A stretch of DNA of 64,000 nucleotides from Alphaproteobacteria bacterium (lineage in GTDB: Bacteria > Pseudomonadota > Alphaproteobacteria > UBA828): positions 608,001 to 672,000 of the forward strand of contig CBDEFM010000002.1 of the NCBI GenBank assembly GCA_965237415.1, read 5' to 3'. The notes beneath the pieces were generated by a model. It did no database searches and was not told the DNA's origin. It was given only the letters and a program-made list of their open reading frames with translations. A program made the translations under genes and the position numbers. Shown piece after piece: positions 39,095 through 48,571 of this stretch; the stretch's first letter is position 1, and every line of letters starts with the position of its first letter.

Positions 39095-40126
39095 ATGAAG
39101 TTCGGTCTTCTCTTCGCACACCAAGTGCCGCCGGAGAGCGGCATCGCCAGCAGCGAGACCTATCGGGACATGCTGCGCTGCCTGCCGCGTGCCGAGGAGC
39201 TGGGCTATGTCTCCGCCTTCCAATGCTCCCACCATGTCCAGAAAGACGGCTTCTGCCCCAGCCCGCTGGTGGCGATGGCGGGGGCCGCGGCGGTCACCGA
39301 GCGGATGCAGATCGGCACGGCTGTCCTGCTGGTGCCGCTCTACGCGCCGCTCAAGCTCGCGGAAGACGTCGCGGTCATCGACAACCTTTCGGGCGGGCGC
39401 TTCGTCTTCGGTGTGGCGCCGGGCTACGTGTCGCAGGAATTCACTGCCCACGGTGTGCCGCGGGAGGAGCGCGTCGGGCGCTTCGAGGAGGCGCTCGACC
39501 TGATGATCCGCGCCTGGAGCGGGGAGCTGTTCTCCTTCGAGGGGCGCTATTACCAGGTGCCGGAGGGGCGGGTGACGCCGAAGCCGGTTCAAAGCCCCCA
39601 TCCGCCCATCTGGTACGGGGTTTCGGCTCCCGGCTCGCTGCGCCGGGCGGCGGCGCGCCGCTCTGTACAAATCATGTCGCCGCGTCACGGGCTCGCCGAG
39701 CTGGAGGCCCATTACGAACCTTACGAAGCGGCTGCCAAGGCTGCCGGCTGGGAGATTCCGGAACGGCCGATCATCCGCCAGGTGTTTGTCGCGCCGACGA
39801 TGGCAGAAGCGGAGGCGAAGGCTGCGCCGGCGGTGGATTACCTCTACCGCGAGCTCTACGGCGCCGCTTCTGCGGCGGGCGACCGGGTGCTCAAGCGGGA
39901 CGACGGGAGCGTGATCGAGGACCCCACCGAGGTCGCATTCACGACCTTCAAGGACCGTTACATCATCGGCGACCCGGAATTCGCGATACATCGCATCCGC
40001 GACTATCAGGCGGCAGTGAGCCCAAGCGAGATGATCTGCTGGATGCATATGCCCGGCGTTTCCGGCACCGACGCGCTGGCCTCGCTCGAACTGTTCGCCA
40101 GCGAGGTCATGCCCCAATTCCGATAG
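39095..40126 (+). CDS. LLM class flavin-dependent oxidoreductase
   Basis: AEELGY, LAED..VIDNLSGGRF, PKPVQSPHPPIW, ELFASEVMP. Confidence 0.88.
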   Translation: MKFGLLFAHQVPPESGIASSETYRDMLRCLPRAEELGYVSAFQCSHHVQKDGFCPSPLVAMAGAAAVTERMQIGTAVLLVPLYAPLKLAEDVAVIDNLSGGRFVFGVAPGYVSQEFTAHGVPREERVGRFEEALDLMIRAWSGELFSFEGRYYQVPEGRVTPKPVQSPHPPIWYGVSAPGSLRRAAARRSVQIMSPRHGLAELEAHYEPYEAAAKAAGWEIPERPIIRQVFVAPTMAEAEAKAAPAVDYLYRELYGAASAAGDRVLKRDDGSVIEDPTEVAFTTFKDRYIIGDPEFAIHRIRDYQAAVSPSEMICWMHMPGVSGTDALASLELFASEVMPQFR

Positions 40127-40244
40127 CGCCTCGTTTCCCGACCCACCAGGCACGGACGGACAGTGTGGTCACACTGTGGTCTTGCGCGCGGGCACCCGGC
40201 GGCGTAGGGTCTGGCGATCACCCAGGCACTTGAAGGCTCCGGTC

Positions 40245-40520
40245 ATGGAATACGCCTTACGTGATGCGAAAGCTCACCTTTCCAAGCTCGTCAGGGACGC
40301 CCAAAATGGCGAGCGAGTCGTCATCACCAAGCACGGCGAGCCGGTCGTCGAGCTCGTACGCTGCTTCGAACGCGGTGGAATCGACTTCGACAAGCTGGAA
40401 GCGGACCGCCGGCGCCTTGGGATCGAGGACGCCTCCCCGGAAGAAGCCGAGGCGATGATCGCCGCCTTTCACGATCCGGCGCTGAGCCGTCGGGTGCTCG
40501 GCCTCGAAGGCGACGAATAG
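40245..40520 (+). CDS. Phd/YefM antitoxin
   Basis: AKAHLSKLV..AQNGE.VVITKHGEPV. Confidence 0.85.
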   Translation: MEYALRDAKAHLSKLVRDAQNGERVVITKHGEPVVELVRCFERGGIDFDKLEADRRRLGIEDASPEEAEAMIAAFHDPALSRRVLGLEGDE

Positions 40521-40533
40521 TGGGCAAACTGCG

Positions 40534-40929
40534 GTGCGCATCCTTCTCGATACGTCCTACCTCTACAAACTCATGCGGGCACACGGCCGGATTTCGGAGT
40601 TGGAGCGTCGCTTCTTCGCCGGGTGGGAGGCACAGCTCTACGTGAGCGCCGTATCGATCTGGGAGATGCGGCTCAAGCATCGCGCTCTCTATCCGTCCGG
40701 CGAGCGCAAGAACCCGTACGATCCGAACGATGTGGTCGCCGCGCTCGAACGGCAGGGTGTGACGTTCCTGACGATGACCACGCGACACGCCGCGTGCGAA
40801 CTCGAGACGCCAATCGCTCACAAGGACCCGTTCGACGAGCTGCTTCTCGTACAAGCCCAGGAAGAGGGGCTCAGGCTCCTCACCGCCGATCGACGACTCA
40901 TCGGGCACCCCTTGGCCATCACGGCGTAA
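40534..40929 (+). CDS. vapC: VapC/PIN domain toxin
   Basis: LLDT, SAVSIWE, HKDPFD, LLTAD. Confidence 0.85.
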   Translation: MRILLDTSYLYKLMRAHGRISELERRFFAGWEAQLYVSAVSIWEMRLKHRALYPSGERKNPYDPNDVVAALERQGVTFLTMTTRHAACELETPIAHKDPFDELLLVQAQEEGLRLLTADRRLIGHPLAITA

Positions 40930-40930
40930 C

Positions 40931-42610
40931 ATGAGCGCCGGCGACGACTTCATCCGGGCGGTGGTCCGCGCCGACCTCGCGGCCGGACGGCATGACGAGG
41001 TGGTCACGCGCTTCCCGCCCGAGCCCAACGGCTATCTGCACATCGGGCACGCCAAGTCGATCTGTCTCAACTTCGGCGTGCCGCAGGAGTTCGGCGGGCG
41101 CTGCCACATGCGCTTCGACGACACCAACCCCACCAAGGAGGAGCACGAGTTCATCGAGGCGATCCAGCAAGACGTGCGCTGGCTCGGCTTCGACTGGGGC
41201 AAACACCTCTATTTCGCCTCCGACCACTTCGAGCGCCTCTACGACTGGGCCGAGCACCTGATTCAAGCCGGCGACGCCTACGTGGACGACCTCTCGGCGG
41301 ACGAGATCCGCGCCCACCGCGGCACACTGACCGAGCCAGGCCGCGACAGCCCCTACCGGACCCGCCCGGCTGCGGAGAGCCTCGACCTCTTCCGGCGCAT
41401 GCGTGCCGGCGAGTTCCCCGAAGGCGCGCGGGTGCTCCGGGCGAAGATCGACATGGCGTCGCCCAACATCAACATGCGCGACCCGGTGCTCTACCGCATC
41501 CTCCACGCCGCCCATCCGCGCACTGGGGAGGACTGGTGCATCTACCCCACCTACGACTTCGCCCACGGGCAGTCGGACGCGATCGAGGGCGTGACGCACT
41601 CGCTCTGCACCCTGGAGTTCGAGGACCACCGCCCGCTTTACGACTGGCTGATCGAGCGGCTGCCGGTGCCGATGGTCCCCCGGCAGTACGAGTTTTCGCG
41701 CCTCAACTTGAGCCACACGGTGCTCTCCAAGCGCCGCCTCACGCAGCTCGTGGAAGAGGGCAGGGTGGAGGGCTGGGACGACCCCCGGATGCCGACGATA
41801 TGCGGGCTGCGCCGGCGCGGCGTGCCGGCCGCGGCGATCCGCGACTTCGTGGGCATGCTCGCCATCTCCAAGACCAGCGACAACCTGGTGGAAGCGGCGA
41901 TGCTCGACCATGCGGTGCGCGAGCGGCTGAACAAGACCGCGCCGCGCCGTTTCGGGGTGCTGCGCCCGTTGAAGCTCACGATCGAGAACTACCCCGCGGG
42001 CGAGAGCGAGTTCGTCGACGCCCTCAACAACCCCGAGGATCCGGACTCCGGCACCCGATCAATCCCCTTCGGCCGCACTCTCTACGTCGAAGCGGACGAT
42101 TTCTTGGAGGATCCGCCCAAGAAATTCTTCCGGCTTGCGCCGGGCCGCGAGGCGCGGCTGCGCTACGCCTACCTCGTGACCTGCCGGGAGGCGGTGAAGG
42201 ACTCGTCCGGCGCCGTCACCGAGCTCCGCTGCACCTACGACCCCGCTACCCGGGGCGGCCAGGCGCCCGACGGGCGCAAGGTGAGAGGGGCATTGCACTG
42301 GGTCTCTGCGGCGGATTCGGTCGCGGCCGAGGTGCGGCTCTACGAGTCCCTCTTTACGAAGCCGATTCCGGGTTCGGACGGCGGTGCGCTCTGGGACGAC
42401 CTCAATCCAGAGTCCCGCACCGTGCTGACCGGCTGCCGCCTCGAGCCGAGCCTCGCCGACACGCCACCTGGCGAGACGGTGCAGTTCGAGCGGCAGGGCT
42501 ATTTCTGCCCCGATCCGGTTTCCACGCCCGAGCGGCCCGTCTTTAACCGCACCGTCGGCCTGCGCGATTCCTGGGCGCGGCAACAGGCTCGAGCAGGGCG
42601 CCAGGGCTAA
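40931..42610 (+). CDS. glnS: Glutamine--tRNA ligase
   Basis: [48 protein letters not shown]. Confidence 0.95.
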   Translation: MSAGDDFIRAVVRADLAAGRHDEVVTRFPPEPNGYLHIGHAKSICLNFGVPQEFGGRCHMRFDDTNPTKEEHEFIEAIQQDVRWLGFDWGKHLYFASDHFERLYDWAEHLIQAGDAYVDDLSADEIRAHRGTLTEPGRDSPYRTRPAAESLDLFRRMRAGEFPEGARVLRAKIDMASPNINMRDPVLYRILHAAHPRTGEDWCIYPTYDFAHGQSDAIEGVTHSLCTLEFEDHRPLYDWLIERLPVPMVPRQYEFSRLNLSHTVLSKRRLTQLVEEGRVEGWDDPRMPTICGLRRRGVPAAAIRDFVGMLAISKTSDNLVEAAMLDHAVRERLNKTAPRRFGVLRPLKLTIENYPAGESEFVDALNNPEDPDSGTRSIPFGRTLYVEADDFLEDPPKKFFRLAPGREARLRYAYLVTCREAVKDSSGAVTELRCTYDPATRGGQAPDGRKVRGALHWVSAADSVAAEVRLYESLFTKPIPGSDGGALWDDLNPESRTVLTGCRLEPSLADTPPGETVQFERQGYFCPDPVSTPERPVFNRTVGLRDSWARQQARAGRQG

Positions 42611-42684
42611 GCCGCGTTTCTCGCCGGGGCCGCTGCCTGCGTCGCGCGGGGCACGCGGTGCGGGCGTGCGCGATACCATATGCC

Positions 42685-42792
42685 GCGCGCACGACCCTGC
42701 GGGCGTGCGAGACTATTCTCTCGCGCGCGAGACCTTTCAGGCTCGCGCGACCTCGGACCATGGTGCGCTGCACGGCGTTCGCCGCTTGCGCC
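42685..42792 (-). repeat. Dispersed repeat copy A (solo, between convergent genes)
   Basis: Reverse complement GGCGCAAGCG...CGCCGTGCAGCGCACCATGGTCCG...GCCTGAAAGGTC...ACGCCCGCAGGGTCGTGCGCGC matches copies at 59621 and 60649. Confidence 0.88.
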
Positions 42793-42854
42793 AGTATCGC
42801 GACATGCAGCGCAAGAGCACACGGGCTGCGGCAGTCAAGGGCAAAAAATCCGGA

Positions 42855-44024
42855 TTAAGACGGAGGAAGCACGTCCTCGGGCGAGTGGGTGAGGGCGACG
42901 GCGCCGAAGAGTTGTGCGGTCGCGGCCGGGTCCGGCTGGATCGCACGGTAGAACGCCGCAAGCGTCTCGGTCGGCTTGGCGAAGCGGGCGAGCTGAGCGG
43001 TGAAACGGTAGTAGGGCAGCAGCCAGTCGTCGCGCGCCCTCCGGTAGTCGGCGAGCGCCTCGTCGAGCGGGCGTCGGCCGCTGAGACCGTCGTCGGCGGC
43101 CTCGGCTACCATCTCGGCGCAGCGGAACGCGGTCGAGATGCCCTGCGCGGTGACCGGGTCCTTCTTCATCCCCGCATCGCCCACCAGCGCCCAGCCGGGG
43201 CCCATTGCCTCGCGCACGAAGGCTCGCGTGCAGCCGCCGTGGAAGCCCTCCGCCCGCTTGGCATCAGGCAACATTGCGCGGAGGTCGGGGGCGACCTCCT
43301 CGACTCGCGCCAGGAACGCCGACTCCCGGTCGCGCCGGGCGGCCACGAACTCATGGTGCATCAGGTTGGCGGCGACCAGGACGGTGCCGTCGCTCGCGGG
43401 AAAGGCGAAGGCGCCTTTGCGCTCACGGATGTAGAGCCGGACATGGTCGAGCGCGATGCCCTCCCAATAGCTCCATATGTTGCTCTGCACGATGGGCTCG
43501 CACAGGGATTCTCGGGCGCCGGCACAGCGCGCGACGACCGAGTTCGGCCCGTCCGCGCCGATCACGAGGCGGGCCCGTTCGACATGCCGCGCGCCGTTCT
43601 GGCCCGCGGCAACGATGCCGGCGACCCTGCCGCTATCCTCAACCAGATCGACGACGCGCACGCCGTCACGAAACTCCGCGCCGGCAGCTACCGCCGCCTC
43701 GGCGAGCACACCGTCGAGCAAGTGCCGGCGGGGCCCGTAGGACTCGTTGCGGCCATTCACCGCCGGCGGCGGACCGCTCAACACGGTGCCGTGCAGGTCG
43801 ACCCGCCAGTCGGTAAAGGGCTCGGCGCGCGCGGCGATCTGCGGCAAGACTCCCCAATCGCGCAGATGGGCGACACCGAGCGGATGGATCAGGTGCGTCG
43901 ATTGCCCCATGTCGCTGGGGAAGCGGTCGCGGTCGAGAAGCAGCACACGGTGGTCCTTGCGTGCCAGCAGCATGGCCGTGGGCGCGCCGGCGCAGCGGGC
44001 ACCGACGACGATCGCGTCGTAGAT
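42855..44024 (-). CDS. NAD(P)/FAD-dependent oxidoreductase (geranylgeranyl-reductase-like); expected start position reads ATC
   Basis: YDAIVVGARCAG, IGADG, GWALVGDAG...DPVTAQGI; GGAGG 6 nt before ATC. Confidence 0.8.
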   Translation of the reverse strand: MYDAIVVGARCAGAPTAMLLARKDHRVLLLDRDRFPSDMGQSTHLIHPLGVAHLRDWGVLPQIAARAEPFTDWRVDLHGTVLSGPPPAVNGRNESYGPRRHLLDGVLAEAAVAAGAEFRDGVRVVDLVEDSGRVAGIVAAGQNGARHVERARLVIGADGPNSVVARCAGARESLCEPIVQSNIWSYWEGIALDHVRLYIRERKGAFAFPASDGTVLVAANLMHHEFVAARRDRESAFLARVEEVAPDLRAMLPDAKRAEGFHGGCTRAFVREAMGPGWALVGDAGMKKDPVTAQGISTAFRCAEMVAEAADDGLSGRRPLDEALADYRRARDDWLLPYYRFTAQLARFAKPTETLAAFYRAIQPDPAATAQLFGAVALTHSPEDVLPPS

Positions 44025-44043
44025 TGCGCGCCTCCCCGGGGCG

Positions 44044-44436
44044 TCAACCCCGCTGGATCGGTGTGACCCAGCCGATGAATGCGCCGGCGCTGTCTTTGAC
44101 CACGGCGAAGCGGCCGGCATCCGGCACGTCGAAGGCCGGGCGGCAGACCTCGCCGCCTGCCTCCGCGACGCCTGCGAGCCGGGCGTCGATATCGTCCACC
44201 GTGATGTAGGAGAACCAATGGTCCGGCACGCCGTCGAAGCCCGTGCCCGGCTTCATCTCGAAGATGCCGGCGGCCATGGCGTCCCCGGCCTTGCAGAGCG
44301 TGTAGGTGCCACCGTCGGCCATCGGGTGCGACTCAAATTGCCAGCCCAGGGTCTCCTGGTAGAACGCCTTGGCCTTGTCGACGCTCCAGGTCATCAGCTC
44401 GTTCCAGAAGAATGTGCCGTGCGGCGTCATCGGCAT
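44044..44436 (-). CDS. VOC/glyoxalase family protein
   Basis: HG.F.WNEL, AKAFY...GW, W..Y..VDD, GRFA...D..GA. Confidence 0.88.
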   Translation of the reverse strand: MPMTPHGTFFWNELMTWSVDKAKAFYQETLGWQFESHPMADGGTYTLCKAGDAMAAGIFEMKPGTGFDGVPDHWFSYITVDDIDARLAGVAEAGGEVCRPAFDVPDAGRFAVVKDSAGAFIGWVTPIQRG

Positions 44437-44511
44437 TGCTTACGCCCTCCATCACTCATGCTTCCGGAGTACCGCCCGGCGACGCTCGCTCTTCGCGACG
44501 CCCGCGTGGGA

Positions 44512-45924
44512 TTATAGGCTCGGAGCCCGCGTGTGCCAGTCGGTCGCGCCCTGATAGGCGTGGCCGAGGCGGAAGAGCGTCGCCTCCGAGAAGGGGCGCC
44601 CCATCAGCTGAAAGGCGCTGGGCAGACCGCTCTCGGTAAAGCCGCAGGGCACGATCAGTGCGGGACCGCCGAGATAGTTGGCGGCGCGGGTGCACCAGCT
44701 CAGGCCGGCGACCATGCTCGCCATGCGCTCGCCCCCACCCACGTTCGTCTCTTCCCGCGTCGGTATGGGGAAGGGGATGCCCGGTGTGTGCAGGGCGTCG
44801 ACGTTGCTGAGCGTAGTATCCACGAATTCCCGTAGCAGCCCGGCGCGGGCGGCGAGGGCTTGGATGTACTTCACCGCCGGCACATGAAGGCCGGGCTCGT
44901 AACGGTTGCGCACCTGAGCCTGATAGTCGTCGGGCCGGTTTGCGATCCAGGGCTCGTGGATCGACGACGCCTCGCACGAGAGGATGATGTTGGAGAGGTG
45001 GTTGATGCGCTCGATGTCGGGCACCGCGACCTCGACGACCTTGGCACCAGCGGCGCGGAAGACGTCGAGGCTCTGTTCCATCAGCGTGCGCACTTCGTCG
45101 GTGGCGAGGTCGTAAAAGTAATCCGTCGGCACGCCGATCCTGAGGCCCTCGGCACCCTCGGTCAGCGCCGCCTCGTAGTCGGGCACGGGGCGCTCGCTGG
45201 AGGTCGGGTCGTGCGGGTCATGGCCGGCGATCGCACTCAAGATCCGCGCGGCATCGCGCACGGTCCGGGTGAGCGGGCCAACCGTGTCCAGCGTGTGGGA
45301 GAGCGGCATAATCCCGTAGCGGCTGACCAAGCCGGCGGTCGTCTTGAGACCGACCACACCATTGCAGGTCGACGGCAGCCGCACCGAGCCGCCGGTATCG
45401 GAGCCAAGCGCGCCGTAAACCACCCGGCCCGCGACCGACGCGCCGGAACCGCTCGACGAGCCGCCGGAGATGTGCGCTGGGTTCCACGGGTTGCGGCTGT
45501 CGCCCCAATGCTCGTTGTGGCCGGTCGGGCCGGTGGCGAACTCCGCCATGTTGAGCCCGCCGAGATAGATCGCTCCGGCTCCATGAAGGCGGGCGAGGGC
45601 GGTGCTGTCGTGGTCCGGCACGAAGTCCTTGCGGATGCGCGAGCCGCAGGTGGTGACGTGGCCCGCACGGTAGAACATGTCCTTATGGGCGAGCGGCACG
45701 CCGTGCAAAGGGCCTGGCGCATCGCCGCGTGCGAGCGCGGCATCGGCCGCCGCGGCGCTTTCCAGCGCCGCCTCCGCCTGCAGGGAAATGAAGCAGTTGA
45801 GGACCGGCTGAAGCCGCTCGGCGCGGGCGACGGTGGCGGTCATCACCTCGACCGCGGAGAGCTGCCGCGCGGCAATCGCGTCGGCCAGTTCGACCAGGCT
45901 CAGAAGGTGGATGTCGTCGCTCAT
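44512..45924 (-). CDS. Amidase signature family enzyme (GatA/AtzE-like)
   Basis: [26 protein letters not shown]. Confidence 0.9.
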   Translation of the reverse strand: MSDDIHLLSLVELADAIAARQLSAVEVMTATVARAERLQPVLNCFISLQAEAALESAAAADAALARGDAPGPLHGVPLAHKDMFYRAGHVTTCGSRIRKDFVPDHDSTALARLHGAGAIYLGGLNMAEFATGPTGHNEHWGDSRNPWNPAHISGGSSSGSGASVAGRVVYGALGSDTGGSVRLPSTCNGVVGLKTTAGLVSRYGIMPLSHTLDTVGPLTRTVRDAARILSAIAGHDPHDPTSSERPVPDYEAALTEGAEGLRIGVPTDYFYDLATDEVRTLMEQSLDVFRAAGAKVVEVAVPDIERINHLSNIILSCEASSIHEPWIANRPDDYQAQVRNRYEPGLHVPAVKYIQALAARAGLLREFVDTTLSNVDALHTPGIPFPIPTREETNVGGGERMASMVAGLSWCTRAANYLGGPALIVPCGFTESGLPSAFQLMGRPFSEATLFRLGHAYQGATDWHTRAPSL

Positions 45925-45925
45925 A

Positions 45926-46126
45926 TCAGCGCGCCGCGGCCTCATCCATGGCGAACAGGATGTGCGCGGGTTCGGATTCAAAATTGAGATCGGCTGCCGC
46001 TTCGTCCGCCGCTTGCACCATCAGTTCGACCGCCTCGGCGAGGGCCTCGGCCCTCTCATCGGTGGGCGGCCGTCGGCCTGCCGCCACGGCCTGGGCGGCG
46101 ATAAGATCCTTTGTAATCCCGGCCAT
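45926..46126 (-). CDS. Small protein coupled to the amidase (GatC/AtzG-like partner candidate)
   Basis: 66-aa helical ORF with GGAG RBS, ends 1 bp before the amidase start. Confidence 0.55.
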   Translation of the reverse strand: MAGITKDLIAAQAVAAGRRPPTDERAEALAEAVELMVQAADEAAADLNFESEPAHILFAMDEAAAR

Positions 46127-46163
46127 TCGGGGCACTCCGGCGGCGCGGCGGTGGCGGACGGCC

Positions 46164-46173
46164 CTGTATACAG
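46164..46173. promoter_or_regulatory. Palindrome CTGTATACAG in a divergent promoter (GntR-type operator candidate)
   Basis: Perfect 10-bp palindrome between divergent amidase and PrpD-family genes. Confidence 0.3.
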
Positions 46174-46255
46174 CACTCGGGCAGGGGTGCAATATGGGTA
46201 GGCGTAACCATATGGCCGGTGAGATCAGGAGAGCCCGCATCGAACCGGGAGCGCG

Positions 46256-47668
46256 ATGATGGAGCCTGCGGCGGCCGATCGCGACCGCACACGCCTGTTG
46301 GCGGAAGAGATGTCCGGCCTTGCCTACGAGGCGCTCGCGCCCGAGGACGTGGAGCAGGTCAAGCGTCTGCTATTGGACCACGTCGGCGTCGCCTGGCGTG
46401 GCTCGGACATGCCCTGGTCCCGGGCACTGGCCAGCTGGGCAGCGACGCTCACCAACGGCAATGGCAACGGTAGCGGGAGCGCGATCGTCGGCACGACCGT
46501 GCACGCGGCGCCGAGCATCGCGGCCCTTGTCAATGCCGCCGCCGCCCACGGAATGGAACTTGACGACACCCACGACGAATCGTTGAGCCATCCCGGCGCT
46601 CCGGTCATCGCCACGGCGCTCGCCGTGGGCACCGCTACCGGGGCCACCGGCGAAGCGGTGATCGCGGCGATCGTCGCCGGTTACGAGGTGATGGCGCGGG
46701 CCGGCATGGCAGCAGGCGCGGCGGACATCATCGCGCACGGCTTTCACCCGACGGCGCTCTTCGGTGGCTTCGGTGCGGCAACCGCCGCGGCCAAGCTCTA
46801 CGGACTGGATGCGGCCGGGATGGCGCAGGCGTGGGGACTGGTGTTGTCGGCTGCAGGAGGCTCAATGCAGTTCTCGCAGGACGCGAGCGGGACCACGGTC
46901 AAGCGGCTTCACGCCGGCTATGGCGCGCAGCACGGCACGATGGCCGCCGAGCACGCCCGGCTCGGCATCGCCGGTCCGGCGCAGGCCTTCGATGGCCGCT
47001 ATGGCCTCTGTGCGCTGTTCGGCCTCAATCCGCAGCCCGAGCGCCTGGAGCGTGAGGCCGGAGCGCCGTTCCAGATCCACCGCATCAGCCTGAAGCCCTA
47101 CCCCTGTTGCCGGTTGTTCCATTCGACCATCGATGCGCTGCGCGACGTGACGGAGGACTTCACCACGCCGCAGGATGCTATCGCCGGGATCAAGGTCGGC
47201 GGGCCGGAGATCATGGTAACCCAGCACATGCTGCGCCGGCCGCAATCGGTCATGGCCGCCCAGTACAGCCTGCCCTTCGCGCTGGGCGCGAGCATTGTTT
47301 GTGGCCCAAGCCGCTACGAGGGCTATGAGGAGGAGAGGCTCGCCGATCCGCGCATCCTCTCGCTCGCCGACCGTGTCGATGCGGTTGCCGACGACGCGAT
47401 GCAGGCGGCGTTCCCGGCTCATTTCGGCAGTTGGGTCGAGCTTGCCTCACCCGACGGCAAGCGCCGCCGCATCGAGGTATTGGACAGCCTTGGGACCCCC
47501 GCGCGCCCCCTGGCGGCTGATGCGATCGCCGACAAGATCGGGGGGCTCTTGGCCTCAATGGACGATGCGCCGGAGGTTGCCGATCTCGTCGATGCGGCAT
47601 GGTCTCTCGATGAACGGGGCGGTCTTACCCGCCTCACCGCGCTGCTTTGCGCTCGGGCGAACGCCTGA
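46256..47668 (+). CDS. MmgE/PrpD family protein
   Basis: AHGMELDD.H, HPG, GYE, GFHPT, KPYPCC, AQYSLPF. Confidence 0.9.
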   Translation: MMEPAAADRDRTRLLAEEMSGLAYEALAPEDVEQVKRLLLDHVGVAWRGSDMPWSRALASWAATLTNGNGNGSGSAIVGTTVHAAPSIAALVNAAAAHGMELDDTHDESLSHPGAPVIATALAVGTATGATGEAVIAAIVAGYEVMARAGMAAGAADIIAHGFHPTALFGGFGAATAAAKLYGLDAAGMAQAWGLVLSAAGGSMQFSQDASGTTVKRLHAGYGAQHGTMAAEHARLGIAGPAQAFDGRYGLCALFGLNPQPERLEREAGAPFQIHRISLKPYPCCRLFHSTIDALRDVTEDFTTPQDAIAGIKVGGPEIMVTQHMLRRPQSVMAAQYSLPFALGASIVCGPSRYEGYEEERLADPRILSLADRVDAVADDAMQAAFPAHFGSWVELASPDGKRRRIEVLDSLGTPARPLAADAIADKIGGLLASMDDAPEVADLVDAAWSLDERGGLTRLTALLCARANA

Positions 47669-47720
47669 ATCCGACGAATCGAGTATCGGACGGGCAGACA
47701 CGGCAGGAAGGCAGATAACG

Positions 47721-48128
47721 ATGGCTAATAGCGAACCCAAGGAGGTTGTCCGGCAGTTCTTGGCCGCCATCAAGGGCGGCGATGGCCAGACCATGATGAG
47801 TTTGCTGGCCGAAGACGCGGTGGTCGTCCTGCCGGGCTCGTTCAAGGTTGCCTGGGCCGGCCGCTGGCAGGGACGGGAGCCAATCAAGCAGTGCTTCCAC
47901 GCAATCGGAGCACTGCTCGACATCCGTGACCACACGGTGCAGCTGATGTTCGGCGAGGGCGAGCACGTGATAGTGCTGATCGACGAGACATCGGCCGCCA
48001 AGAACACCGGCCGTCTCCTCCACCAGGAGACGGCCTGGTATTTCCGTATCGAGGACGGGGCCATTGCTCATTGGCAGGCATTCGAGGACACCGAACAAAT
48101 CGCATGGGTGTGGGACGAGGGTGGATGA
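47721..48128 (+). CDS. NTF2/SnoaL-like protein
   Basis: VVRQF, LAED, PWAG-like AWAG...G, FEDT. Confidence 0.75.
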   Translation: MANSEPKEVVRQFLAAIKGGDGQTMMSLLAEDAVVVLPGSFKVAWAGRWQGREPIKQCFHAIGALLDIRDHTVQLMFGEGEHVIVLIDETSAAKNTGRLLHQETAWYFRIEDGAIAHWQAFEDTEQIAWVWDEGG

Positions 48129-48173
48129 TCGGCTGCCCGCCCGCAGAAAGCGCAAGAAGAGGAAGAAGACAGA

Positions 48174-48533
48174 ATGAGCGAGCCCCCGGCCGACGCGCCC
48201 GGCCAGATCACGCTGGCCCGAGCCGTGGCGGCCCTCGCCGAGACTCCCGCGGGCGGCAGGCCCTACGCCGAGCTGATCGCTCGAGGGACTCTCCGGGTCG
48301 GTCTCTACGCGCCACGCGGTTCGGACACTCAGCAGCCTCACGATCAGGACGAGGTCTATGTGGTCATGAGCGGCCGGGGAACCTTTCGCAATGGCCCGGT
48401 GAGCCACCCCTTTCAGCCGGGCGACGTGCTGTTCGTGCCTGCCGGCGTCCGGCACGTCTTCGAAGACTTCAGCGACGATCTGTACGTTTGGGTCGTGTTC
48501 TACGGTCCGCCGGGTGGTGAGGCGGCAAGCTGA
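48174..48533 (+). CDS. Cupin domain protein
   Basis: QQPHDQDEVY, GDVLFVPAG..H.F, WVVFYGP.GGE. Confidence 0.85.
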   Translation: MSEPPADAPGQITLARAVAALAETPAGGRPYAELIARGTLRVGLYAPRGSDTQQPHDQDEVYVVMSGRGTFRNGPVSHPFQPGDVLFVPAGVRHVFEDFSDDLYVWVVFYGPPGGEAAS

Positions 48534-48571
48534 GCCTGCTCATGGCTCGGCGGATAATGCAGTGAGAGGCG

